Both the position numbers and the translations under genes were made by a program. A stretch of DNA of 55,470 nt, from the NCBI GenBank assembly GCA_964649795.1, contig CAZYQY010000001.1:11711-67180 (forward strand), in the 5' to 3' direction. This DNA is from an uncultured Candidatus Saccharibacteria bacterium (GTDB lineage: Bacteria; Patescibacteriota; Minisyncoccia; Portnoybacterales; UBA2143). This document shows, piece by piece, positions 9,117 through 18,302 of the stretch (its first letter is position 1; each line of letters begins with the position of its first letter). The notes beneath the pieces are model-generated. The model did not search any database. It had not been told where the DNA came from and was given only the letters and a program-made list of their open reading frames with translations.

Positions 9117-10556
9117 ATGAATAATCAAGAACAAAATAAAGAACAAAAAGAAAAAACTGTTCGTGAGCCAGCTGTTGAAGGGCAATTTTATCCAGAGAAC
9201 AAAGAAGAACTGGCTCAAATGATTAGCCAGTTTTTGAATGAAGCAGAACTGCTTGAAATAAAAAAGCCAGTTAGGGCCTTGATTATGCCGCATGCTGGTT
9301 ATGTTTATTCTGGAGGAGTGGCAGCTTATGGATTTAAGGCAATCCAAGGACAAGACATCAAGAAAGTAATTTTGATTGGCTGCAGCCATAATTTTCATTT
9401 AAATGGAGTAATTATTGATGGCAATGATGCATGGCAAACGCCTTTGGGCCAAGTAGATTTAGATATTGGTTTGCAAGATGCCTTAATAAAAGAAAGTTCT
9501 TTATTTAAGGTTGATTCCAGCACTCATAAACCAGAACATTCTTTAGAAGTGGAAGTTCCTTTTTTGCAAACTGTTTTAAAGAAATTTAAGCTTTTACCTA
9601 TTTTAATTGGTCACGAATTAAGCGAAAATGATTTAGAAGAAATTAGCAATGCATTATCTAAATATACAGATGATAAAACTTTAATTATTGCCAGTTCAGA
9701 TATGTCTCATTATCCAAGTTATGAAAAGGCAAATTATGCTGACAAGAAAGTTATTGACGCAATTCTAACTGGAAAAATTACTAATTTGCAAAATACAATC
9801 AGTAAATTAGAAAAAGAGAATATTGATAATTTAAATACTTGTTTATGCGCTCAAAAAGCCGTGGAAGCAGTTATAAAAATAGCAGGGAAAATGGATAATT
9901 CAGAAATTAAGTTTTTGAAATACGTTAATTCTGGCGACCTGGATTTTGGAGACCCATTACGAGTAGTTGGATATTCTTCTTTTGCTTTTATGTGGGATAA
10001 TAAGGATTCTGCATTTGAACTTAATTTTGAACAAAAAAATAAGCTTTTAGAAATTGCCAGAGCATCAGTAGAAAAATATGTTAAAGAAGAAAAGATGTCT
10101 GATTTTGAAATAGAAGATTCTTTATTAAACGAGAATTTGGGTGCTTTTGTTACTTTGAAGAAAAATGGCCAATTGCGTGGCTGTATTGGCCGGTTTGAAC
10201 CAGATATTCCTTTGTCTCAAGTAGTTTCCCAGATGGCAATTTCTGCTGCTGTTCAAGATAGCCGTTTTACTCCAGTTCAAGCGGATGAATTAAATGATTT
10301 AGAATATGAAATTTCTGTTTTAAGCCCATTGAGAAAAATAAATGATTGGCGTCAAATAGAACTTGGCAAACACGGTGTTCAAATAAGACAAGGCCTTTAT
10401 TCAGGGGTTTTTCTACCCCAGGTAGCTACAGAAAATAACTGGGATTTGGATAAATTTATGGGCGAACTATGTTCTCAAAAAGCCGGTTTGTCCTGGGACT
10501 GCTGGAAAAATGATGATGTAGATTTATATGTCTTTACGGCCGAGGTTTTTCATTAA
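9117..10556 (+). CDS. fusion of a MEMO1-family domain (AmmeMemoRadiSam protein B-like) and an AMMECR1 domain (protein A-like)
   Basis: N-terminal half has 'MPHAGYVYSG'. C-terminal half has 'GAFVTLKKNGQLRGCIGRFEP'. Start moved to the MNNQEQ Met; the track ORF starts at 9072. Confidence 0.7.
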   Translation: MNNQEQNKEQKEKTVREPAVEGQFYPENKEELAQMISQFLNEAELLEIKKPVRALIMPHAGYVYSGGVAAYGFKAIQGQDIKKVILIGCSHNFHLNGVIIDGNDAWQTPLGQVDLDIGLQDALIKESSLFKVDSSTHKPEHSLEVEVPFLQTVLKKFKLLPILIGHELSENDLEEISNALSKYTDDKTLIIASSDMSHYPSYEKANYADKKVIDAILTGKITNLQNTISKLEKENIDNLNTCLCAQKAVEAVIKIAGKMDNSEIKFLKYVNSGDLDFGDPLRVVGYSSFAFMWDNKDSAFELNFEQKNKLLEIARASVEKYVKEEKMSDFEIEDSLLNENLGAFVTLKKNGQLRGCIGRFEPDIPLSQVVSQMAISAAVQDSRFTPVQADELNDLEYEISVLSPLRKINDWRQIELGKHGVQIRQGLYSGVFLPQVATENNWDLDKFMGELCSQKAGLSWDCWKNDDVDLYVFTAEVFH

Positions 10557-10566
10557 GAAGATATAA

Positions 10567-10595
10567 TTGACAATTATCAATTAATTTGTTAGATT
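10567..10595 (+). promoter_or_regulatory. sigma70-like promoter (TTGACA, 17 nt spacer, TAGATT)
   Basis: Hexamers at 10567-10572 and 10590-10595, upstream of the pyrB-like gene. Confidence 0.5.
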
Positions 10596-10640
10596 TCAGA
10601 AAAATAAACGACCTTAACAATATAATAATGGAGGGAATAA

Positions 10641-11771
10641 ATGAATAGCCAAGAAATAGAAGAAATGGCTCATAAGATGAGCTGGCAGAAATTTGTTGCT
10701 ATGGAAGAAAAGGAGAAAATTATTTTTCTTAACAATTTGCATACTGGCAATCCCTTTCATGTTTTATTTGCCCAGCAGTTTAACCGAGAAAATTTGGATC
10801 TTCTTTGCCAAATAGCTGAAAGAGCCAGAACTATTAATAAAAATAAACAAGAAGGAGTGAAATTTTTAAGAAAATTACTCTCTGGCACTCATGCTCTTAA
10901 TTTCTTTTATCAGCCAAGCAGCCGAACATTCCTCTCCTTTGAAACAGCCCAAGAAACTTTAGGTATGAGTATCCGGGATATTCGCGACCCAAGCGTTTCC
11001 TCTGAAGCTAAGGGCGAAACGCTAGAGGACTCTATCAGAACCTTTAGTAGCTATGTTGACTTGATAATTATGAGGTATCCAGAGAAGCAAGCCGTTGAAA
11101 AAGGCGCCTGGGTATTGAATAAATCTGACCGCCGTATTCCAATTATCAATGCTGGCTCTGGCAAAGACCAGCACCCTACCCAAGCCCTAACTGATATCTA
11201 TACTTTGCATAAATCTTTTGATGGAAAGATTGATGGCCGGACAATAGTTATGTGCGGCGACTTGAAAAGAGGCAGAACTGTCCGCTCCTTATCTTATTTG
11301 ATGAAAAATTACCATGATATGAAACTGATTTTTGTTTCGCCGTCCCATTTAAGAATGGGAAAAGACATTAAAGATTTTCTCACCAGTCATAATATTACTT
11401 ATTTAGAAGAGGATAATTTAGAAGAAATAATTCCTTTGGCTGATGCAATTTATATGACTCGCATCCAGGATGAATGGAATGAAAAAAATGGTCAAACCAA
11501 GAAAATTCCTGAACCAGTTGATCCTAAATATAAATTCAAGAAAGAGTATTTAAAGCTGATGAAGAAAGATGCTGTCTTAATGCATCCTCTTCCAAAAAGA
11601 GACGAAATAGACCAAGAGGTTAGTTATTCTAGAGATAAGAGAGTGGTCTTCTGGAGGCAGCCAAGAAATGGCGTATGGATTCGTGTAGCTCTAATTGCTC
11701 TTATTTTTCAAAAACAGCAAACAATTTTAGGTTATACACACTGGTCAAAGGATTGGCGGAAAGGAGGGTAA
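10641..11771 (+). CDS. pyrB: aspartate carbamoyltransferase catalytic-chain-like protein
   Basis: 'PSSRTFLSFE' (variant of STRTR), 'HPTQALTD', 'GDLKRGRTVRSL' and 'MHPLPK'. Confidence 0.7.
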   Translation: MNSQEIEEMAHKMSWQKFVAMEEKEKIIFLNNLHTGNPFHVLFAQQFNRENLDLLCQIAERARTINKNKQEGVKFLRKLLSGTHALNFFYQPSSRTFLSFETAQETLGMSIRDIRDPSVSSEAKGETLEDSIRTFSSYVDLIIMRYPEKQAVEKGAWVLNKSDRRIPIINAGSGKDQHPTQALTDIYTLHKSFDGKIDGRTIVMCGDLKRGRTVRSLSYLMKNYHDMKLIFVSPSHLRMGKDIKDFLTSHNITYLEEDNLEEIIPLADAIYMTRIQDEWNEKNGQTKKIPEPVDPKYKFKKEYLKLMKKDAVLMHPLPKRDEIDQEVSYSRDKRVVFWRQPRNGVWIRVALIALIFQKQQTILGYTHWSKDWRKGG

Positions 11772-11772
11772 A

Positions 11773-11997
11773 ATGACAGCAGAGAATGAAATAAAGGAAT
11801 ATAGATGTCCTGGATGTCAAAAGAGTAATATTTCTTTTAAAGAGATGAAAGTTAGCCTCAATGTTCCTTCTCGGGCACTTACCCATCAAATGATCAAATT
11901 CTTCTGTAATATTTGTCAGGAGGAATTTAAAGTAGAGGCCGGTGTTCTAATGTATCAAGTTAGCTTGGTTAACATTCTGAAAAAGAAATATCCCTAA
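11773..11997 (+). CDS. small CxxC..CxxC protein resembling only the zinc domain of the ATCase regulatory chain (PyrI)
   Basis: 'CPGC...FFCNICQEEF' resembles the PyrI 'CPN.NC...C.YCE.EF' pattern. It starts 2 nt after the pyrB stop. Confidence 0.4.
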   Translation: MTAENEIKEYRCPGCQKSNISFKEMKVSLNVPSRALTHQMIKFFCNICQEEFKVEAGVLMYQVSLVNILKKKYP

Positions 11998-12008
11998 CTT
12001 TTCAAACG

Positions 12009-12051
12009 AGGTCTTTTGGAATAGATAAAGATTATTCCAAGAGACCTTTTT
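12009..12051 (+). terminator. Rho-independent terminator
   Basis: Stem aggtcttttggaata / tattccaagagacct followed by a T-run. Confidence 0.7.
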
Positions 12052-12094
12052 AATTTTCTCTTAATGATATAATATAATATAAGGAATTAATTAA

Positions 12095-12313
12095 ATGAAA
12101 TTCGTTATTTTATTACTAATAAAAATATATCAGAAAACCATATCTCCGGATCATGGATATTTTCCTATTCTCCGGCTTTTAGGCCAATGCCGACATTATC
12201 CAACCTGTTCTGAATATACATATCAATCAATAGAAAAATACGGGATTTTAAAAGGTATTTGGCTAGGAATGAAACAGCTTTCTACTTGTCATCCTTGGGC
12301 AAGGAATTTATAA
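12095..12313 (+). CDS. yidD: membrane protein insertion efficiency factor YidD
   Basis: '[10 protein letters not shown]' and '[19 protein letters not shown]'. Confidence 0.85.
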   Translation: MKFVILLLIKIYQKTISPDHGYFPILRLLGQCRHYPTCSEYTYQSIEKYGILKGIWLGMKQLSTCHPWARNL

Positions 12314-12320
12314 TAAGATT

Positions 12321-12935
12321 ATGCAGTCAATTAATAAAGTAATTAAAATTTTAATCTTTTCAGATGTGGCTTTGGCTTCTGGCTTCGGGTTCATAACTCC
12401 TATTTTCGCTATTTTTTTGATTGAAAATATAAAAGGCGGAAACATTGAATTTGCTGGTTATGTTGCAGCTATATATTGGATTATTATTTCTTTGACTGTG
12501 GTGCCTTTTGGCCATTATTTGGATAAAAACCACGGTGAAAAAGATGATCTCTATTTTATTATCATTGGCAATCTTTTAGCAGCCGGAGCTGTTTTTGGAT
12601 ATATGATATCTTCATTAACTTGGCATATTTATTTTTTCCATATATTTTATGCCTTTGGCATGAGTATGAATATAGCCGCTTACGGAGCTATTTTTACAAG
12701 GCATATTGATAAGAACAGAGAGGCATTTGATTGGAGTACTAGAGCTGCTTTAATAGGCATAGGCACAGGAATAGCAGGAGGATTAGGAGGTATGATTGCA
12801 AATCGCTTTGGCTTTAATGTTCTTTTTATTGGTGTTTTAATTTTGGTTCTATTAAGCGCTGCTTTACCTGTTTTGATTTATAAAAAGATATGTTCTAAAG
12901 ATAAAGAGATTCCGCATATTCCAACAATAAAATGA
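12321..12935 (+). CDS. multi-pass membrane protein (half-size MFS-like)
   Basis: About 6 hydrophobic helices. No clear family. Confidence 0.5.
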   Translation: MQSINKVIKILIFSDVALASGFGFITPIFAIFLIENIKGGNIEFAGYVAAIYWIIISLTVVPFGHYLDKNHGEKDDLYFIIIGNLLAAGAVFGYMISSLTWHIYFFHIFYAFGMSMNIAAYGAIFTRHIDKNREAFDWSTRAALIGIGTGIAGGLGGMIANRFGFNVLFIGVLILVLLSAALPVLIYKKICSKDKEIPHIPTIK

Positions 12936-12945
12936 ATTAAATTAA

Positions 12946-14667
12946 ATGAAAAACCTAGAAATAGCTCAAATTTTTTATCAAATGGCTGATTTTATTGAAA
13001 TAAAGGAAGACTCTTTTTTTAAATCTCGGGCGTATAATAAGGCGGCCCGGGTTTTAGATTCATTAAAAGAAGATATTGAAATTATTTATGAAAAAGGCGG
13101 AGTCAATGAATTGAAAAAGATTCCCGGCATTGGCCAGGCAATTGGCAAAAAAATTGAGGAATTTATTAAAACTGGCAAAATTAAGGCCTATCAAAAACTT
13201 AAAAAAGAATGTCCAATTGACTTGGAATCATTAATGACTGTTCAAGGATTAGGGGCTAAGAGAATAAAAATTCTTTACCAGAAATTAAAAATTAAAAATT
13301 TTAAAGATTTAGAAAAAGCAGCTGTTTCAGGCAAAATAGGAAAATTAGATGGATTTGGAGAAAAAAGCGAGAAAAATATTTTGCAAAGTATTGTCCTAGC
13401 TAAACAAAACAAGGGCAGATTCTTATTAGGCGCTATTTTACCCATAGTCCGTAAAATTGTAAGTAATTTTAAGAAAATGCCAGAAGTGAAAAAAATATGC
13501 CCGGCTGGGTCAATTAGGCGCATGAAAGAGACAGTCGGAGATATTGATATTCTGGTAATTTCTTCAAAGCCAGGCAAAATTATGGATTTTTTTATTCAAA
13601 TGCCTGGAATAGTTAAAGTTTGGGCCAAAGGAATGACTAAGTCGTCGGTTCATTTTAAACAGGGCTTTGACGCGGATTTAAGAATAGTTAAGAAACAAAA
13701 TTTTGGCGCTGCTCTACAATATTTTACAGGGAGCAAGGACCATAATATTGCTTTGCGAAAAATAGCCAAGAAAAAAGGTTTAAAATTAAATGAATATGGT
13801 GTTTATAATAAAAAAGGAAAACAAATAGCTGGCAAAAACGAGAAAGAGGTCTATAATTCAATCAATCTTCCATACATTGAACCAGAATTAAGAACTAATA
13901 GCGGTGAAATTGAAGCTGCTTTGGATGATCAATTGCCAAAACTAATTGGCTATAATGATATTAAAGGAGAATGTCATTGCCACAGCGATTGGAGCGATGG
14001 AACAGAAACAATTGAAGGTCTGGCTAAAATAGCGAGAAGAATTGGTTATGAATATTTAATTATTACTGACCATGCCAGTCCATTAGGAATAATTCATGGT
14101 TTGGATGAAAAACAAATTTTAAAGCAGATGGCTGAAATAGACAGGGTTAATAAAAAAATTAAAGGAATTAAAGTATTAAAAGGAATAGAAGTTGACATTA
14201 AATCAGACGGAAGCTTATTCATTAAAGATGAAGTTTTGTCTAAATTAGATTTTGTTTTAGGCGCAGTGCATTTTGGATTCAAAATGGATAGAGATAAAAT
14301 GACTCAGCGAATAATCAAGGCAATAGAGAATCCTAATGTAGACGTAATTGCTCACCCTACAGGACGGGTTATTAACAAAAGGCCTGGTTATAAGATAGAC
14401 TTTGAAAAAATTCTTAAAAAAGCCAAAGAAAACAAAACAGCTTTAGAAATCAATGCTCATGCCAGCCGTTTAGATTTAAAAGATACTAATATCCGTCTTG
14501 CCAAAGAAGCCGGAGTCAAAATGACTATTGGCACTGACGTACATAATATTGATTATTTTAAAATGATGGAATTAGGCGTTGCTCAAGCCCGCCGCGGCTG
14601 GGCAGAAAAAAAAGATATTTTAAACAGCCAGCCATTAACAAAGTTTGTAGAATATTTTAAGAAATAA
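12946..14667 (+). CDS. polX: family X DNA polymerase with C-terminal PHP domain
   Basis: HhH 'IPGIGQAIGKKI', 'GSIRRMKETVGDIDILV' and PHP 'HCHSDWSDG'. Confidence 0.85.
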   Translation: MKNLEIAQIFYQMADFIEIKEDSFFKSRAYNKAARVLDSLKEDIEIIYEKGGVNELKKIPGIGQAIGKKIEEFIKTGKIKAYQKLKKECPIDLESLMTVQGLGAKRIKILYQKLKIKNFKDLEKAAVSGKIGKLDGFGEKSEKNILQSIVLAKQNKGRFLLGAILPIVRKIVSNFKKMPEVKKICPAGSIRRMKETVGDIDILVISSKPGKIMDFFIQMPGIVKVWAKGMTKSSVHFKQGFDADLRIVKKQNFGAALQYFTGSKDHNIALRKIAKKKGLKLNEYGVYNKKGKQIAGKNEKEVYNSINLPYIEPELRTNSGEIEAALDDQLPKLIGYNDIKGECHCHSDWSDGTETIEGLAKIARRIGYEYLIITDHASPLGIIHGLDEKQILKQMAEIDRVNKKIKGIKVLKGIEVDIKSDGSLFIKDEVLSKLDFVLGAVHFGFKMDRDKMTQRIIKAIENPNVDVIAHPTGRVINKRPGYKIDFEKILKKAKENKTALEINAHASRLDLKDTNIRLAKEAGVKMTIGTDVHNIDYFKMMELGVAQARRGWAEKKDILNSQPLTKFVEYFKK

Positions 14668-14674
14668 GATTTTT

Positions 14675-15040
14675 ATGAAAATAAAGATTCAAAATTGGAT
14701 TTTGGTTTTTGCTTGGGCTGGTTTTATTTTCTTTCTTTCTCATCAGCCAGATTTAAAATCTGACCTGCCTCAGACAGCAGAATTTTTATTTGGCAAGATG
14801 GCTCATTTTTTGGAGTATATTATTTTAACTTTTCTTTTAATCAGGGTTCTAAAAAATTATAATATCTCAAAAAAGAAGATTTTATTTTTAGCAATTATTC
14901 TGTCAGTTCTGTATGCATTTTCTGATGAATACCACCAAAGTTTTATTCCAGGGAGAGAGCCGTCTTTTAATGATATAACCATTGATACCCTAGGAGTTTT
15001 ATTAACAGCTTGGCTGAACAAAAGAAAAATGATAGAATAA
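14675..15040 (+). CDS. VanZ-like family membrane protein
   Basis: 'KMAHFLEYIILTFLL' and 'DEYHQSFIPGR'. Confidence 0.7.
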   Translation: MKIKIQNWILVFAWAGFIFFLSHQPDLKSDLPQTAEFLFGKMAHFLEYIILTFLLIRVLKNYNISKKKILFLAIILSVLYAFSDEYHQSFIPGREPSFNDITIDTLGVLLTAWLNKRKMIE

Positions 15041-15045
15041 AATAT

Positions 15046-16113
15046 ATGTTTGATTTCTATAAAAAACCATGTTTTGGATTAGATTTAAGCAATCTTTCTT
15101 TTAAGATTGTTCAATTTAGAAAGAAAAAAGGAAAATTGTATTTATCAAGTTTTATTAAAAAAGATATTCCAGCTGGGCTAATTGAAGATGGAGACATAAA
15201 AAAAGAAAAAGAGTTATCTTTTATTCTTAAAGAGACCCTTAAAAAAACAAACAAAACGACTCTTCAAGGGAAACGGGTTATTTGCAATTTACCTGAAGAG
15301 AGAGTTTTTATCCGTATAATCCAGCTGCCGAAAATGAAAAAAGAGGAGATTGATAAGGCAGTTAAATGGGAAGCAGAGGCTCATATTCCCCTGAGCATTG
15401 ATGAAGTATATTTAAGCTGGCAGGTGATTAGCTTGCCAAAAAATAATTCAAATCAGATAGATATTTTAATTGCTGCTAGTCCGCGAAAATTAGTTGAAAG
15501 TTATCTAAACCTTTTAATAAAAAGCGGCCTAAAGCCAATTACTCTTGAACCAGAATCAGTGGCTGTTGTTAGAAGTTTAATTGTCCCTAATGATTCTACT
15601 CCTACAGTTATTGTTGACTTAGGGGCTAGTGGGACTAATTTTGTTATTTTTTCTAATTCAACTATTTGCTTTACTTCTCATGTTAATATTTCCGGCAATC
15701 TTTTTAATAAGGCGATTATAAAAGAATTAAAAGTTGATACAAAAAAGGCTAATCAATTGAAAGTTAAAGTTGGGTTAGATAAAAATAAGGATAAAAAAGT
15801 TTATCACGCTCTAGAGCCAATTATTAATGACTTGGCTAAAAAAATTAAAGATTATATTTCTTTTTATCATAATCATTCACATGTGAATAGCCGTGACAGC
15901 AGAATTAAAAGAGTTTTGCTTTGTGGAGGAGACTCTTTTTTATTAAATTTGCCTTCTTTTTTAAATGAAAAATTAGATTTGCCAATTGAAATAGGCGATC
16001 CTTTGATTAATATTCCTTTAGACAAAAAGGAAAAGAGAATTATTGCCAAGGAACTTAAAAAACCATTAACTTATGCAACTGCATTAGGATTAGCTTTAAG
16101 GCCTTATGATTAA
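15046..16113 (+). CDS. pilM: type IV pilus assembly ATPase-fold protein PilM
   Basis: 'GLDLSNLSFKIVQF' and an actin-like fold pattern, followed by PilN/O-like genes. Start moved to MFDFYKK. Confidence 0.7.
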   Translation: MFDFYKKPCFGLDLSNLSFKIVQFRKKKGKLYLSSFIKKDIPAGLIEDGDIKKEKELSFILKETLKKTNKTTLQGKRVICNLPEERVFIRIIQLPKMKKEEIDKAVKWEAEAHIPLSIDEVYLSWQVISLPKNNSNQIDILIAASPRKLVESYLNLLIKSGLKPITLEPESVAVVRSLIVPNDSTPTVIVDLGASGTNFVIFSNSTICFTSHVNISGNLFNKAIIKELKVDTKKANQLKVKVGLDKNKDKKVYHALEPIINDLAKKIKDYISFYHNHSHVNSRDSRIKRVLLCGGDSFLLNLPSFLNEKLDLPIEIGDPLINIPLDKKEKRIIAKELKKPLTYATALGLALRPYD

Positions 16114-16645
16114 ACTTAATTTATTGCCGCCAAAAGAAAAAAAAGAAATAGAATTATCTGATTTTAATTATCTTATTGTTTCTTTTGGCGTTTATCTTTT
16201 ATTTATTTTAATTATTTTTAGCCTTCTTTTAGCAAGTACATATTTTTGTTTGGTTATTTTTTTAAAAACTCAGAGTTTATTGATAGAAGATAAAAAAGGG
16301 AATAAAGAAAACCAGTCTTTAATGGAAACAGAGGAAAATATTAAACAGGCTAACCAGCAAATCAATAAAGTTTTTATTAAAGAAAGAGATTTGATTGTCT
16401 GGACTCCTATTTTAGAGGAATTAGCTCAAATTGTTCCCAATGGAATTTATTTAAATAGTTTTTCCAGCCAAACAGACACTAATCGTATTAATATATCTGG
16501 CTGGGCTGATAAAAGAGACACTCTTCTTTTGTTTCAGGAATCATTAGAAAAAAGTACATCTTTTGTTGAAATAAAATCTCCTTTATCTAATTTAATTAAA
16601 CAGAAAGATATAGATTTTAGCTTTAGCTTTTCACCTGTTAAATAA
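16106..16645 (+). CDS. pilN: PilN-like pilus assembly protein
   Basis: 'IKLNLLPPKEKK' followed by a single TM. Overlaps the end of pilM. Confidence 0.6.
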   Translation: MIKLNLLPPKEKKEIELSDFNYLIVSFGVYLLFILIIFSLLLASTYFCLVIFLKTQSLLIEDKKGNKENQSLMETEENIKQANQQINKVFIKERDLIVWTPILEELAQIVPNGIYLNSFSSQTDTNRINISGWADKRDTLLLFQESLEKSTSFVEIKSPLSNLIKQKDIDFSFSFSPVK

Positions 16646-17188
16646 ATGTTAACTGCTCAAAAAAAACTTTTTTTATCTTTATCTATTGGCTTAGCTGGCC
16701 TGGCTGTTTTTGTTGGATTGATTATTTACCCCTTGATAAATAGAATAAGCATTGCCTCTAAAGAATGTTTTAATAACCAGGAAATTTTGTCTAAATTAGA
16801 ACAAAGAATTTCCTTGCTTAAAGAATTGAGAAAGAATTATAAAGATAACCAGCCGGATTTGCTGTCTCTTGAGAAAGCCTTTCTTGATCCAGAAGAAACA
16901 GTTGGATTTATTACTAACTTAGAAACAGTTGCTAAGAAAACCAACAATTCTTTTGAAATTAAATCAGTTAGTTCTAATCCGTCGGACGAAAAAGAATCAT
17001 CCTATCTCACGCTTAATATTTATCTTTGGGGCAGTTTCTCAAAATCGCTTGATTTTCTGGCCAATTTAGAGAACATTCCTTACCCGCCTTATAGGTTAAT
17101 AAAAATAGATAATTTGACAATTAAAAGATTAGCTAAAGAAGAAGGCGATTTAGAGACCATTTTAAGTATTAAAGTTTATACTCAATAG
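16646..17188 (+). CDS. PilO-like pilus assembly protein
   Basis: N-terminal TM, coiled coil, and position after pilN. Confidence 0.45.
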   Translation: MLTAQKKLFLSLSIGLAGLAVFVGLIIYPLINRISIASKECFNNQEILSKLEQRISLLKELRKNYKDNQPDLLSLEKAFLDPEETVGFITNLETVAKKTNNSFEIKSVSSNPSDEKESSYLTLNIYLWGSFSKSLDFLANLENIPYPPYRLIKIDNLTIKRLAKEEGDLETILSIKVYTQ

Positions 17189-17194
17189 AGGAAC

Positions 17195-17470
17195 ATGGAA
17201 AGAATATCAATATTAATTAATATCTATAATTTTTTAAGAAAACATTACCCGATTATTTTAGGAATATTTTTTGCTTCTTTAATATGTATTAATATCTTTG
17301 TATATTATCAATATGTCCATCTTGCTATGGAAACTCAGACAGAATTAAATATTGAAAAAATAGTTATTGATCAGGAAACTCTGGAGAAAGTTCTATCTGA
17401 TATTAATGAACGTGAAGAGAATCTTTCTCGTGTTAGAAAAACTCAATATTACGATCCTTTCAATGATTAA
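17195..17470 (+). CDS. small membrane protein, last gene of the pilMNO cluster
   Basis: ORF with one TM segment 'YPIILGIFFASLICINIFVYY'. Confidence 0.45.
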   Translation: MERISILINIYNFLRKHYPIILGIFFASLICINIFVYYQYVHLAMETQTELNIEKIVIDQETLEKVLSDINEREENLSRVRKTQYYDPFND

Positions 17471-17472
17471 TT

Positions 17473-17501
17473 TTGACTTTTTTATAATTTTCTGTTATGG
17501 T
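17473..17501 (+). promoter_or_regulatory. sigma70-like promoter (TTGACT, 17 nt spacer, TATGGT) for the tRNA pair
   Basis: The hexamers sit about 12 nt upstream of the tRNA-Arg 5' end. Confidence 0.45.
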
Positions 17502-17513
17502 TTTATGGATCAA

Positions 17514-17589
17514 GCGCCTGTAGCTCAGTGGACAGAGCAAAGGATTTCTAATCCTTAGGTCGGGGGTTCAAATCCCTCCAGGCGTACCA
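17514..17589 (+). tRNA. tRNA-Arg (anticodon TCT), CCA encoded
   Basis: Hand-folded cloverleaf: GCGCCTG/CAGGCGT acceptor, anticodon loop TTTCTAA, T-loop TTCAAAT. Confidence 0.85.
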
Positions 17590-17592
17590 TAT

Positions 17593-17666
17593 GGTGCCTA
17601 TAGTTTAGCGGTAAAACTCCTCTTTGTGGAAGAGGTATCGAGGGTTCAACTCCCTCTAGGCACCCA
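17593..17666 (+). tRNA. tRNA-His (anticodon GTG) with encoded G-1
   Basis: Extra 5' G opposite C73, anticodon loop TTGTGGA, T-arm GAGGG-TTCAACT-CCCTC. Confidence 0.85.
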
Positions 17667-17674
17667 AGATTAAA

Positions 17675-17700
17675 AATTCCCCGAAACATCGGGGATTTTT
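17675..17700 (+). terminator. Rho-independent terminator after the tRNA pair
   Basis: aattccccga-aaca-tcggggattttt. Confidence 0.75.
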
Positions 17701-17726
17701 GTATTTTGTAATATCTTCTGACACAT

Positions 17727-17803
17727 TTAAGAGGCTTGTCCTTCAAAATGATGCTTCTTGCGAAGCAAGGACGTCATTTTAAGGACGATGCCTCTGGATT
17801 AAA
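17727..17803. repeat. palindromic repeat element, copy 1 (left island boundary)
   Basis: 'ttaagaggcttgtccttcaaaatgatg..loop..aaggacgtcattttaaggacgatgcctctggattaa'. Both arms are the reverse complement of those at 23336-23417. Confidence 0.85.
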
Positions 17804-17938
17804 AATAAAAAAATCCATAGAAAATGCTGACAAATTATATCAGCTTATTTCTGGTAAGATTATTACTAGAAATGAATTAAGAAAAATGCTTGGTCTTAAA
17901 AAAGTCCCAAGCATTAGTCCTAAAAAAAGGGATTAGTA

Positions 17939-18127
17939 TTATCTTCCAGGATTTATACGACCTGGTTTAGGATAAACTCCGCCACTTTGATTCTTCCCTT
18001 CTCTTTCTTTATCTAGTTCATCACCTATTTCTTTAATTTGTTTAAGCGCCTCTTTTATAGCAGAATAAGGGATGTTGATAGCATTACCACCATTAAAATA
18101 TTCTTTCATTAATTCTTTAGAAGTCAT
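17939..18127 (-). CDS. small hypothetical protein (62 aa from MTSKEL)
   Basis: ORF only, with a weak RBS. No family recognised. Confidence 0.35.
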   Translation of the reverse strand: MTSKELMKEYFNGGNAINIPYSAIKEALKQIKEIGDELDKEREGKNQSGGVYPKPGRINPGR

Positions 18128-18302
18128 ATTTTTATCTTTCTTTATTATTGATATTTTACATTCGACCTTTAACAATTGACAAAATTAATATATATGATAG
18201 AGTGTTAGCCTATTTAGCAAATTGAGTTATCCCCAGTTTAGTATTAACAAAGAATGACGGGATTAACAAAAAATGCTAAGATAGAAAAAGAGAAAAAAAT
18301 TG

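Noticed and set aside
17367-17746. ORFs 17367-17558 (+) and 17555-17746 (-), and likewise 52348-52542 (-).
   Set aside because: They overlap hand-folded tRNA genes (Arg/His and Asp). Their 'protein' sequence is just translated tRNA.
17736-17936. 66-aa ORF starting inside repeat copy 1.
   Set aside because: The start codon lies within the palindromic repeat, there is no RBS and the composition is Lys-rich and low-complexity. I cannot support it as a gene, although it is not excluded.
18175-18205. Plus-strand promoter-like TTGACA, 16 nt spacer, TAGAGT pointing into the antisense strand of the aberrant tRNA.
   Set aside because: The -10 hexamer is weak and there is no downstream ORF or structure. 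It could drive an antisense RNA, but there is no support beyond the hexamers.
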